DNA of 64,000 nucleotides from Candidatus Eiseniibacteriota bacterium (GTDB lineage: Bacteria; Eisenbacteria; RBG-16-71-46), in assembly GCA_963717505.1 (NCBI GenBank), contig OY970342.1, positions 224,001 to 288,000 on the forward strand, written 5' to 3'. The notes beneath the pieces were generated by a model. The model was not told the DNA's origin. It did no database searches and worked only from the letters and a program-made list of their open reading frames with translations. Position 1 is the stretch's first letter; each line of letters opens with the position of its first letter. Positions 35,877-46,146 of the stretch are shown piece after piece. The translations under genes and the position numbers were made by a program.

Positions 35877-37286
35877 GTGGCTGTGCTGCCGCAAACGCGG
35901 CCACGCCTGATTGTGCCGCAGAGAGATGGTTCCTTGCGTTACCTCAGTTTGATCATGGCCGGCGCGCTGGCGCTCGCGCCCACAACCAGCACGGCGAGCA
36001 CGCCGCTCGGTTTTGTCGACCAACCCCAGGTGACGGGGCTCGAACGCCCGGTCGGGTTCACCTTCCTGCCCGACGGGCGCATCCTGATCGTCGAGCAGTT
36101 GTCCGGGGCGATCCGCGCGGCGGAGAACGGCGTGGTATCGACGCTGACCGTGGTGCCCGACCTGGTCGCCGGGGGCGAGCAAGGGTTGCTGGGAATTGCG
36201 GTCGATCCCCGGTGGCCGGCGGCGCCCTACATCTACGTCCATTTCACCCGCGCGGGATTCCCGTCGACGATCTGCGTGACGCGCTACGCGCTCGGCGACG
36301 ACTTCGAACGCGGCGGCGGCGGCTTGAGCATAGACCCCGCCTCGCGCTTCGACGTGTTGAACGACATTCCCAACGACGATCCGATCCACAACGGCGGCAC
36401 GTTGCGCTTCGGTCCCGACCGGATGCTCTACGTCAGCATTGGCGACGACGCGATCGCGTGCCGGTCGCAGGACACGACCAGCTTGAACGGCAAGATCCTG
36501 CGGCTCGACGTGCGCAACCTGCCCGACGGCCCCGGCGGCCCGGCCGACAAGGCTTTGCTGGCGCCGGCCGACAACCCGTTCGCCAGCCACCCGGACCCGA
36601 ACGCGCGGCTGGTGTGGGCCATGGGCCTCCGCAACCCCTTCCGATTCAACATTCATCCAACGACCGGCGAGGTGTTCGTGGCCGACGTCGGACAGGACGA
36701 ATGGGAAGAGCTCGACATCGCGAGCACCCCCGGCCTCAACTATGGTTGGCCATGGCGAGAAGGTCCGTGGTCGCTCGGCATGTGCGGCGAGAACGCGGAC
36801 AGTGGATTCGTCGAGCCCACGCAGGCGTTCGATCACGGCGAGATGAGCGCCATCATCAGTGGCAGCGTCTACACGCGTAACGGCGGCCGCCACCAATTTC
36901 CGCCGGAATACGACGGCGACTTCTTCTTCTCGGACTACGGGTCGGGGAATCTGCTGCGACTCGAGAACACGGCCGGCGTCTGGTCGATCGCACCCCCGGT
37001 GATCGGACAGCCCTCGTCGCGAGTCTGGGCTGACGGGCTGATTACGGCCTCGGACTACTCGATTGGCCCCGACGGCGCCCTTTGGTATGCCAGCAACCGA
37101 TTCGAAGGCTCCCTCAACCGGATCGCCTACGTCTTCGGGATCGACGAAGAGGAACCCCCACCCGGGCCGGATGTGGGACCCGAGGATCCCGTCTACTACG
37201 ACCTGCAGGGCCGGCGCGTCGACGACCCCAAGCAGAACGGGCTCTACTTTACGCGCACTGGGAAGCGGAAAGTCGTGCTTCGTTAG
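35877..37286 (+). CDS. Secreted GSDH-family dehydrogenase, copy 3
   Basis: Same motifs as copy 1. The true start may be slightly downstream. Confidence 0.9.
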   Translation: MAVLPQTRPRLIVPQRDGSLRYLSLIMAGALALAPTTSTASTPLGFVDQPQVTGLERPVGFTFLPDGRILIVEQLSGAIRAAENGVVSTLTVVPDLVAGGEQGLLGIAVDPRWPAAPYIYVHFTRAGFPSTICVTRYALGDDFERGGGGLSIDPASRFDVLNDIPNDDPIHNGGTLRFGPDRMLYVSIGDDAIACRSQDTTSLNGKILRLDVRNLPDGPGGPADKALLAPADNPFASHPDPNARLVWAMGLRNPFRFNIHPTTGEVFVADVGQDEWEELDIASTPGLNYGWPWREGPWSLGMCGENADSGFVEPTQAFDHGEMSAIISGSVYTRNGGRHQFPPEYDGDFFFSDYGSGNLLRLENTAGVWSIAPPVIGQPSSRVWADGLITASDYSIGPDGALWYASNRFEGSLNRIAYVFGIDEEEPPPGPDVGPEDPVYYDLQGRRVDDPKQNGLYFTRTGKRKVVLR

Positions 37287-37332
37287 CGAGCCCTTGACCC
37301 GGGGCCGCCGGTACATCTAGATAGCGGAATCC

Positions 37333-40146
37333 ATGAAGGCCACCCCGACAAGACAGATGGTGGGCGCCGCCGCACTCTTGACGATGGTGTTCTCAGCGCC
37401 CGCGACCCGCGCCGCCGACGCGCCCGCGACCTCGGACACCTTGTTCGCCCCAGTGCGCGCCCAGATCGAACGCGGGGCCGTCCCCGCCAAGGCCAAGACC
37501 GGAGGATCGGTGCAGGCCGAGGTCGTGTTGGCCGTGCTCAGCTCCGGCCGAGTCGACGAAGCCACGGGGTTGCTCGGCCGAATCGACGGCGACCCACGCC
37601 TGGTCGCCGCCACCAAGCTTCAGGTGCTGCTCGCGCGCCAGGATTTCGTCAACGCCCGATTGGTCGCCGATCAGATCGTGAATCGCAAGGAACCGACGAC
37701 TGCCGAGCGCGTGGCCCGTTTCACCTGGCTCTACGCGATCGACGACGCGGCGACCGTCGATCGCCTGACGCGCGACCACTCGCTGGCGCCCGGCACCAAG
37801 GCGCCGATTGCCGATCTGCTCGCGGCCGGCCGGCTCGCCTACGACCTCTTGAACTATCCGCGCGCCGAGTCGTGCTTTACGCGCGTGCTCGAAGCCACCG
37901 AAAAGGCGACTCCCTACCGCGGCGACGAAGCCAGCCAGGAGCGCGACGTGCGCGTCGGCATGGCAGTCACGCGCGCCGCGCGCTCGGCCGCGCTGCGCGG
38001 CATGGGCCAGGTGCTCCACAAACGACGCGACTACGACGGCTCGCTCGATCGGCTGGTGGCCGGGTCCAGGTTGCACGCCACACCCGATCTGATGCTGTCG
38101 ATGGCCGAGACGCTGATTCGCCTCGGCCGCACCGACGATGCGGTCACCGCCGGCGAATACGCCGTGAAGCTCGGCCCCTATCACGATGGCGCCCACTACC
38201 TGCTCGGCAACGGCTACGCGCGCAAGACCTACACCGAGCTGGAAGCCGCGCACCCCAGGGCCTTCGCCGGCACCGCCGCGCGCGCCGAGTTCGCTCGCGC
38301 CGATCGCATGCGTGCCGCCGGCGACCGCAAGGCGGCGCGCACCATTCTCGACTCGCTGCGCAAGGCGCAGCCGGTCTGGGCCGATGTGCGCGTGCGCCTG
38401 GCCTCGCTCGACTTCGACGAAGGCTGGTACGAGCTGTCGCGCGACCACGCGATCGCAGCCCTGGCCCTGGTGCCCGACTACGGCCGCGCGCACGCCGTTC
38501 TGGCCAAAGCGCTCGAGCTGCAGCGCTTCATGGTCGACGTGCACCGGCAGGCCTACGAGCGCCGGTTCGCCGCCACGGCCATGCCGATCGTGCCCGGCAT
38601 CGACAAGTTCGTGGTCAACTGGTCGTCGCTGTCGCCTCGGCACCGGAAGCGGGTGGCGATGTCGATCGCGCCCTGGAAGCAGTTCATTCCGGTGCTGATC
38701 GAAGGCGGCTCGACCTACTACATCAAGCCACTGCACGAACTGCTCTCGGACTGCCCGGGCCTCGAGACCCTGCGCGACACGCGCATCGAGTACGACTCGC
38801 GGCTGTGGGACGACGTGCGCGGCGCCGGCGGCTACAACACCGTGACCGGCGTCGAAGACGTCGAGCGCACGATCTTCGATCGATACAACACCGTGCTCCA
38901 CGAACTGAGCCACCAGGTGCACGGCGTGATGACCGCCGACCAGAGCCGCGTGATCCAGGAGCACTACCGCCGCGCCAAGGCAAACGACGACACGACCCAG
39001 AACGGATTCATGTCACGCTACGCTGGCGGCAGCGTGTACGAGTACTTCGCCGAAGGTGCCAACGCGCTTTATTCGCCGAAGCGCGATGCTTACGACCCAC
39101 GCGAAGTCGTGCTCGAGCGCATGCAGGCACTGGACCCGCCGCTCGACACCCTGGTGCGGCAGATGGTCGCGATCACCGACGTCACGCCCAGCTACCCCGT
39201 GGCGTTCGTCAACGCCGGCGACGACCAGGTCTACCGAGGCAAGGTCGACAAAGCGATTCCCTTCTATTCGAAGGCGCTGGCGCACGCGCCCAAGGAGGAA
39301 ACCGCGCTGCGCTCGATGACCTCGGCGCTGACCTTGAAGGGCGACCGCGAAGGAATGATCGCCGCCGGCGAGCGGGCGCGTGCTGCGCATCCGACCAGCG
39401 GCAGTATTGCCAGTGCCGCCGCCGAGGCCCTGTGGCGCGGTGGCCGCGGCTTGGACGCCGCGATCGCCCAGCTCGACGCCGCGCGCGCGACCGTGCGGGC
39501 GGAGGATCGATATCTCGTCGACCAGGACCGCGGGCGACTGCGGTTGGTACGTGGTGATGCCGGCGGAGCGCTCGCGGCGTACGACTCGGTGCTCGCCTAC
39601 CAGTCGGACCACCCGCAGGGCCTTTGGGGCCGGGCCGCGGCGCTGGCCGAAGCCAGGCAATGGGACGAAGCGTTCCCCGCGTACGACAAGGCCGTGCGCA
39701 TGCGCACTGGGATCGCCGCGCTGCGATGCGACTACGCGCGGGATCTCATTCGCGCCGGACGGCTGGATTCGGCGAAGGTCCAGCTCGACGAGGCGGGGCT
39801 ATTGGATGTCGAGAATCCGACCGCCGAGGCGTTGCGCGGCTGGCTGGCCTTGGAGCGCGGTCAGGCGGATTCGGCGAAGGCCCACGCCGAGAAGGCGATC
39901 GAATGGGGCGAATGGTCGGACCTGGCGCACATCGTGCTGTCGCGCGCACACACGGCTCTCGGGAATTCGACCGCAGCCTCTGCAGCGCTGGATCCCGTGC
40001 GGCAGCGGATCGAGAGCGGGATGCCGCCGCAGTACGTGTACCGCGCGAAGCTCAGTTCCTGGGAGTCGGTGCACGAGCTGCCGGAGTGGGAACGCGCGAT
40101 GGTGAATGGGAAGGGCCCGGTCGACGGCCCCTCGGGCGGGCGTTAG
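37333..40146 (+). CDS. Exported TPR protein with a central HEXXH zinc-metallopeptidase (ATLF/PPEP-like) domain
   Basis: Signal peptide. TPR arrays flank LWDDVRGAGG...VLHELSHQVH...SRYA...YEYFAEG. Confidence 0.8.
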   Translation: MKATPTRQMVGAAALLTMVFSAPATRAADAPATSDTLFAPVRAQIERGAVPAKAKTGGSVQAEVVLAVLSSGRVDEATGLLGRIDGDPRLVAATKLQVLLARQDFVNARLVADQIVNRKEPTTAERVARFTWLYAIDDAATVDRLTRDHSLAPGTKAPIADLLAAGRLAYDLLNYPRAESCFTRVLEATEKATPYRGDEASQERDVRVGMAVTRAARSAALRGMGQVLHKRRDYDGSLDRLVAGSRLHATPDLMLSMAETLIRLGRTDDAVTAGEYAVKLGPYHDGAHYLLGNGYARKTYTELEAAHPRAFAGTAARAEFARADRMRAAGDRKAARTILDSLRKAQPVWADVRVRLASLDFDEGWYELSRDHAIAALALVPDYGRAHAVLAKALELQRFMVDVHRQAYERRFAATAMPIVPGIDKFVVNWSSLSPRHRKRVAMSIAPWKQFIPVLIEGGSTYYIKPLHELLSDCPGLETLRDTRIEYDSRLWDDVRGAGGYNTVTGVEDVERTIFDRYNTVLHELSHQVHGVMTADQSRVIQEHYRRAKANDDTTQNGFMSRYAGGSVYEYFAEGANALYSPKRDAYDPREVVLERMQALDPPLDTLVRQMVAITDVTPSYPVAFVNAGDDQVYRGKVDKAIPFYSKALAHAPKEETALRSMTSALTLKGDREGMIAAGERARAAHPTSGSIASAAAEALWRGGRGLDAAIAQLDAARATVRAEDRYLVDQDRGRLRLVRGDAGGALAAYDSVLAYQSDHPQGLWGRAAALAEARQWDEAFPAYDKAVRMRTGIAALRCDYARDLIRAGRLDSAKVQLDEAGLLDVENPTAEALRGWLALERGQADSAKAHAEKAIEWGEWSDLAHIVLSRAHTALGNSTAASAALDPVRQRIESGMPPQYVYRAKLSSWESVHELPEWERAMVNGKGPVDGPSGGR

Positions 40147-40156
40147 CGGACGACGC

Positions 40157-42832
40157 CTACTGTAAGAGTATGAGCTTCCGGTTCATCGACCTGCCGGCGG
40201 ATGTCCAGCGAACGAAGTAGACGCCCGCGGGGAGCCGCAGGTTCCCGCGGCGGCCGTCCCAGAGCATCGAGTAGCTCCCGGCATCCATCGGTCCGTCGGC
40301 GAGCACGGCGGCCTCTCGCCCGGTGACATCCACCACGCTGATGCGGACCTGATTCCTGCGCACGAGCGCGAAGCTGATTTGGGTGCTGGCCGACACGGGA
40401 TTGGGAGCGATTCCCGTGAGGCCGCTGACCTGGACCGCCAGGATCGTCGCGGCGCTGATGGGTCCGAACGTGACGTGGGTTCCATCGGTGAAGTTCGCGG
40501 TCAGACGGTAGTAGTAGGTCTCGCCGGCTGCAGCCGTTGGGTCGAGGGCCTCGGTCCCGTCAGCCGTGCGGCGACTCTCCAACGTCAGCGGCATCCACGG
40601 ACCGTGCGGATGCGAGGCTCGCTCCAGTGCGACGCTGACGACGCGCTCCGGCTCTCCAAATTGCCATCGAAGCTGGACCCCGGCGCTCGTCGCCTCGGCA
40701 TCGAAGCGGGCGAGGAGCGTGGGCGTGGGTGAATCCTGCATGGCAGCGAAGCCGCGGGCATTGCGCCCGCCGATACTCGAGAAGGAGCCGCCAGCGTACA
40801 CGGTCGAGCCGCCGATGGCCAGCGCGTAGATCGTTCCATCCGGATTCGGGTTCCACGCGGTGGCGAGCCCAGTCTCGGCATCCAGTGCCGCGAGATGACT
40901 GCGGGTCTGCCCGCCAATGACACTGAAATCGCCGCCCGCATAAACGGTCGAGCCGCTCACGGCAAGCGTCCCCACGATGTTGTCGGCCCCGGGGTTCCAG
41001 TCGGTGGCGAGCCCGGTCGTGGCATCCAGTGCCGCGATCAGCTGGCGGCTTTGCCCGCCGATGGTGGTGAAGTAGCCGCCCACGTAGATCGTCGAGCCGT
41101 TCAAGGCAAGACCGTATATATATGAGCCGATCGGTGCCGCGTCGAAGCTCGTGGCGAGTCCGGTGGTGGCATCCAAGGCCGCGATCAGGTTGCGACTTTG
41201 CCCACCGATGGTCGTGAACGTGCCGGTCGTGTACACCGTCGAGCCGCTCACCAGAATGTCACCCACGGGGGCATCCGCACCGGCGTCCCAGGGTGTGGCG
41301 AGCCCCGTCGCAGCGTCGAGCGCCGCGATCCCCCGGCGGCTCTGACCACCGATCGTGAAGAAGGATCCACCCGCGTACACGGTCGAGCCGCTCACGGCCA
41401 GTGCGGTCACGTAGGAGTCGACCTGGGGATTCCACGCAGTTGCGAGTCCCGTGGTCGCATCGAGTGCCGCGATGCCGAAGCGGTTCTGCCCGCCGATGTA
41501 GGCGAAGCGCCCTCCGGCGTATACCGTCGACCCGCTGACGGCCAGAGCGACCACGAAGTCGTTGGCCCCCGGGTTCCAGTCAGTGGCATGCCCCGTCGTG
41601 GCATCCAGTGCCGCGATGTATTGGCGACTCTGTCCGCCGATCATGGAAAAGAGCCCGCCCGCGTACACCGTCGAGCCACTCACCGCAAGCGTGCGGACAT
41701 AGGATTCGGCGCCCGAATTCCACGCGGTGGCGAGTCCGGTCGTGGCATCCAGCGCGGCGATGTAGTTGGAGCTTCCGCCGCCCATGGCGAAGAACTCACC
41801 CCCCGCGTACACCGTCGAGCCGCTCACCGCGATCGTGAACACGTGATACCCGGTCGCCCCGGGGTCCCACTCGGTCGCGAGTCCGGTCGTGGCATCGAGT
41901 GCCGCGATCAACGTTCGGGCCTGGCCGCCGATGTGATAGAACCCGCCACCGGCGTAAACAATGGGGCCGTTCACCGCCAAGGCGAAGACTTCGGCGTCCG
42001 CCCCCGGATTCCAATCGGTGGCGAGCCCCGTCGAGACATCCAGTGCGGCGATGTGGCCGCGGCTCTGACCGCCAATGCTGGTGAAATAGCCACCGGCGTA
42101 CAACGTCGAGCCGTCCAGCGCGAAGGCAACCACGCTTTGATCTGCCCCCGGGTTCCAGTCCGTCGCGAGCCCGGTCGATGCGTCCACCGCCCCGATGTAG
42201 CCGCGGCTCTGTCCGCCGAGGGTGCTGAAGATCCCGCCCACATAGACGGTAGAGCCACTCGCCAACACGGTCCACACGAGTGCGCTCGCCCCGGGATTCC
42301 AGTCCGTGGCGAGCCCGGTCGATGCATCGATGGCCGCGAGGTTGCTGCGGCTCTGTCCGCCGGCGCTGGTGAAGGCGCCACCCGCGTATATGATCGAGCC
42401 GCTGACGGCCAGCGAGAACACGGAGCCGTTCGCCCCCGGGTTCCAGTCGCCGAGCGACTTGTCGGCAAAGATGTGGGCGAGCCGGTTTCGAGCAACGCCT
42501 CCGACGGCCGTGAACGTTCCTCCGATGTACCACCCGCCCGCCCCATCCGGCGCCGAGGCGAACACGTTGCCATCGACCCGCGGCCAGCCGGCCTCTGGCG
42601 TCCCCGTCCCAACGTCGAGTCCGACGAAGGAGCCCGTGCTGGGACCGACGAACGTGAAGCTTCCGCCCAGGTAGACGGTATTCCCCGCTGTCGCGACGGC
42701 GGAGACGTAGCCGTTCGTGCTCCACATGTTCGGATCGACGATCTGCGCCCGCGCCGCTTCGGCCGCAAGGCCGAGCGCGATCAGGGTGGCGACCATGCAC
42801 CGTGTGAGGTGCCGCACGGGAGCGTTGCTCAC
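40157..42832 (-). CDS. Secreted tandem-repeat (14 x about 48 aa) beta-propeller protein with Ig-like linker and FlgD-Ig/T9SS-like CTD
   Basis: Repeat unit GGQSR..IAALDATTGLAT.WNPGA...V..LAVSGSTVYAGG.F. Tail APNP...VDVTGR...WDGR...AGVYFVR. Confidence 0.88.
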   Translation of the reverse strand: MSNAPVRHLTRCMVATLIALGLAAEAARAQIVDPNMWSTNGYVSAVATAGNTVYLGGSFTFVGPSTGSFVGLDVGTGTPEAGWPRVDGNVFASAPDGAGGWYIGGTFTAVGGVARNRLAHIFADKSLGDWNPGANGSVFSLAVSGSIIYAGGAFTSAGGQSRSNLAAIDASTGLATDWNPGASALVWTVLASGSTVYVGGIFSTLGGQSRGYIGAVDASTGLATDWNPGADQSVVAFALDGSTLYAGGYFTSIGGQSRGHIAALDVSTGLATDWNPGADAEVFALAVNGPIVYAGGGFYHIGGQARTLIAALDATTGLATEWDPGATGYHVFTIAVSGSTVYAGGEFFAMGGGSSNYIAALDATTGLATAWNSGAESYVRTLAVSGSTVYAGGLFSMIGGQSRQYIAALDATTGHATDWNPGANDFVVALAVSGSTVYAGGRFAYIGGQNRFGIAALDATTGLATAWNPQVDSYVTALAVSGSTVYAGGSFFTIGGQSRRGIAALDAATGLATPWDAGADAPVGDILVSGSTVYTTGTFTTIGGQSRNLIAALDATTGLATSFDAAPIGSYIYGLALNGSTIYVGGYFTTIGGQSRQLIAALDATTGLATDWNPGADNIVGTLAVSGSTVYAGGDFSVIGGQTRSHLAALDAETGLATAWNPNPDGTIYALAIGGSTVYAGGSFSSIGGRNARGFAAMQDSPTPTLLARFDAEATSAGVQLRWQFGEPERVVSVALERASHPHGPWMPLTLESRRTADGTEALDPTAAAGETYYYRLTANFTDGTHVTFGPISAATILAVQVSGLTGIAPNPVSASTQISFALVRRNQVRISVVDVTGREAAVLADGPMDAGSYSMLWDGRRGNLRLPAGVYFVRWTSAGRSMNRKLILLQ

Positions 42833-45055
42833 TCCAACACCACCGCCCGCGCGTGGCGGATCTCATTCCCCTGGACCAGGCGTAGCATGTAGACCCCGGG
42901 TGGAACACGCGGCTCCGTCGCCGAGATGAACCACGTGCGGGCCGGGGCCGAGAGCGCCGACCTCGCGGGCCTGCACCCGGCGCCCGGCCAGATCGAGCAT
43001 CTCGAGACTCGCGGGCTCGGTGCTCACCAGCGAGAAGTGAATCGTGAGCCCCCTTCCGGTGGCCGGATTCGGCCGCAGGCCCGCCAGCGAAAGCGCCACT
43101 CCATTTGGCACGTCGATCTGCACCTCGTCGGCGATTGCCCACTGTCCGTCCGACCACACGCTCAGCCGATAGGCATAGTGGCCGCCGGCTTCGATGTCGC
43201 GATCCTCGAACGAGACCTCGCCGGTGCCGTCGGAACTCGCCTGCCCCACTTCGAACCAACTCGAGGCTGTCGTGCTCCGCTCCAGTCGCGCGACTCCACC
43301 CTGCCCCAGCCGCCAGTGCAGAACCACGTGGTCGGGTGAGGCGTCCACATCGATCAACGAAGCCAGCGTCGCGGTCGAGCCGTCGGGCGTGAACCTGTAG
43401 TTGGCGTTGTAGATCTGCAGGGCCCTCGCCACCGAGCCGCGCATCTGGTCGAGATCGGCGCCGAAGGCAAGTGCGACGCTCATCCGCTCGGTCGCTCCTG
43501 CCTCGAGGCGGAACGGCCCAGAGGCCAGCAGGAACCCGACGTTGTAGTTGGACGTCAGCGGTTCATCGAAGCGTGCCGGCTCGTAAGGGTCCGTGAACTT
43601 TTCGTACAGCCGTTGCGGCCAGTTGTTCTGGTCCGTGAAGAACACGATGTTGTCGACGGTCGGGTTGGGATTCCCTTGCCCGGCGTGGATGCGGTTCAAC
43701 TTGAAGCCGCTGAGCCCGATCTGATCCGACTCGTTGAGATCGGTGCGGCCGAAGTTGGGCTCGCCCTCGGTTGGGTTGCCGTCGAGCTCGCCGGTGTCCT
43801 TCGTGCCTGCCACCCCGTCGGCGCCGACGTCGTCCACTTGGGAATCCCAGTCCAGTTCTTCGTCGCCGGTCCACCAGACGCCACTCTGGTAAGCCGGGCG
43901 TTGATCGAGCGGGCCGTAGGCGATTTCGAGCTTGGTCAGGTCGTAGACGGCGGTGACGAAGTCACGGATGGCCTGCTGGCCCTGGATCAGCATTCCCGGC
44001 CCGTTGTCGCGCGCCTCATCGGTGATCCCGTCGTCGTCGTTGTCGACTCCGTCGAACGGGTTCCCCGGGCTCTCGAGGAAGGCGTATCCCAGGTAGCCGG
44101 TGGCGCCACAGAGGCCCGAGAGATCGACGCCGTGACCGTAGAGGTCCCACGTGTAAACCACGTCGAGCGGTGCACCGGTCGAGGTCGTGGAACGATCCAA
44201 GTAGACGCCCTCGTCGTCGGACTCGAAGATCCCATCGCACGAGAGCCGCGAGCCGCCGATACCGGTATCCACGTAGAGGCCGAAGATGATGTTGTCGTCG
44301 TAGTCGGTAGTGCCTTCGTTGGTGATGTCGTAGAGCCAGAAGGCCACGTTGCCGGCTTGGGTGTGGGCCCACTGCAGGCCGCGCACCTGAACACGCAGGC
44401 CGAGCCCGCGTCGGGTCGGGTCGTTGCTGTCGGGGTAGAAGTCCCAGGCGTCGTAGAAATCGTCGTCCGTGACCGTGTAGCTCTCCTGGTCGGCCGCGGG
44501 GTACTTGCCGAAGTAGCCATTCCAGGAACCCCGCCAGCCGGGATCGCTGGGGTCGTCGAGCTTGTCGGGCCAGGAGTCCGGCCAGGTGCGCGGGTCGTTG
44601 CTGATGGCCGGAGAGCGTGCCTGGTTGACACTGGGATCCGGCTGGATGTAGCCGGGCCGGGGCTCGAAGCGCATGACACGGTTGGTGAGCGGGCTGATGC
44701 CCTGTCGCTCGCGGAACCCCGTTTCCATGATGTAGGCGTCGCTCCCGTTGTTCTGCCGGATCTTCGCCAGCACGAACGGCGTGAAGCCCTCGCCGTAGTT
44801 CATTCCCGAGCCCTTGGGCGCTTCGATCGAATGGAAGATGCTGAGATCGACGTTGAGGGGATCCTGCGGGAAGTCGCCGACCATGCCGAAGTTCCAGAAC
44901 ACCGTGCGGATTCTCCCGGTGTCATGCGTGCCGGCGCGCTCGGCTTGGGTGGTGCCGCGCTGACTTGGCGGCACGCTGGTCGGCGCGGCGCCCGCCGCGG
45001 ACACCGGCGCCATGAGGAACAACACGATCGCCAGCATCACGCGTCCCGGTCTCAT
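42829..45055 (-). CDS. Secreted acidic protein with DxDxDG Ca-binding-like motifs and T9SS-like CTD (frameshift near 42910)
   Basis: Signal peptide MRPGRVMLAIVLF, motif DGVDNDDDGITDE, tail RPNP...LDLAGRRV. Restoring the frame gives VPPGVYMLRLVQGNEIRHARAVVLE*, whose stop overlaps the next GTG (GTGA). Confidence 0.8.
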
Positions 45056-45182
45056 CGGCGACCTCCGGAGGCAGTATACACCCCCGGTTGTAAGACCTCG
45101 CGCCCAAACGTGTCCGCGTCTGTCCGCGCGCTCCACACTTCGGGCCGTTGCAGGCAATCCTCGCTAGCGTCATCCTGTCGGG

Positions 45183-46145
45183 ATGCGCGCGCATTGGTTG
45201 TTGGTTTCCGGCCTGCTCGTGGCCGTCATCGGCTGCGGCGGCGATAAGAGTCGCATCCACGCGAGTGGCATGCTCGAAATGGACGAAATCGACGTCGCCT
45301 CGCTGGTCGGCGGTCGAGTGGCCCGGCGGTACGTCGACGAGGGTGCCACGGTCCGCGTCGGCGACACGCTGGCGGTGCTCGAGCGCGACGAGGTGGTGGC
45401 CGAGCTACGCGCCCAGACCGCGGCGGCCAATCGCGCGTCGGCTCAGTCCCGCGAGGTCTCCCGCGGCCCGCGTGCGGAAGAGATCGAGGAAGCCCGTGCC
45501 ACGCTGGCGTCGAGCGAGGCGCGGCTGACACTCGCCGAATCGGACCTGGGCCGCATCACGCAACTGTACGAGGCGAAGGTGGTGGCCGCAGCCGACTACG
45601 ACCGCGCGCTCAACGCGCGCGACGAGGCGCGGGCCCAGCGCAACGCCGCCCGCGAGGCGCTCCGCATGCTCGAGGCCGGCAGCCGCCAGGAGGAAATCGT
45701 CGCCGCGCGCGAAGCCGCGGTCGTGGCCGACGCCGAGCTGCAAGCTGCACAAAGTCGCAGCCGCGAGCTGGTGCTGCTCTCGCCGGTGAACGGCGTGGTG
45801 CTGCTCTGCAACTTCGAGCCGGGCGAGCTGGTCCAGGCCAACCAACCGGTGGTGACGCTCGGGAACCCCGACAGCCTGTGGATTCGCGCCTACGTGGCGG
45901 CACCCCTGGTCACAAACATCCGGCGCAACGCGCGAGCGACGGTGCACCTCACCGGCGATTCACGCGGCTTTCCCGGCCGGGTCGCCGAGATCGCGACCCG
46001 GGCCGAGTTCACGCCCCGCGCCGCCCTCACCGAGGAGGAGCGCGCGAACATCGTGTTCGCGGTCAAGGTGGTGCTCGATCCGACCAACGGAGCGCTCAAG
46101 GCCGGCATCCCGGCCGACGTCGTGATCGACATCGCGGAGAAGTAA
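45183..46145 (+). CDS. HlyD/YbhG-like membrane fusion lipoprotein of an ABC exporter
   Basis: Lipobox VIGC, SGMLE, VDEGATVRVGDTL, SPVNGVV, AEFTPR. Confidence 0.9.
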   Translation: MRAHWLLVSGLLVAVIGCGGDKSRIHASGMLEMDEIDVASLVGGRVARRYVDEGATVRVGDTLAVLERDEVVAELRAQTAAANRASAQSREVSRGPRAEEIEEARATLASSEARLTLAESDLGRITQLYEAKVVAAADYDRALNARDEARAQRNAAREALRMLEAGSRQEEIVAAREAAVVADAELQAAQSRSRELVLLSPVNGVVLLCNFEPGELVQANQPVVTLGNPDSLWIRAYVAAPLVTNIRRNARATVHLTGDSRGFPGRVAEIATRAEFTPRAALTEEERANIVFAVKVVLDPTNGALKAGIPADVVIDIAEK

Positions 46146-46146
46146 C

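Noticed and set aside
34485-37316. 943-aa minus-strand ORF with internal repetition
   Set aside because: It is the shadow of GSDH copies 2 and 3; its repetition only mirrors their paralogy.
40740-42720. Regular ~144-bp DNA repeats as a CRISPR array or DGR target
   Set aside because: The repeats are in-frame coding units with synonymous variation. There are no unique spacers, cas genes, reverse transcriptase or template repeat in the window.
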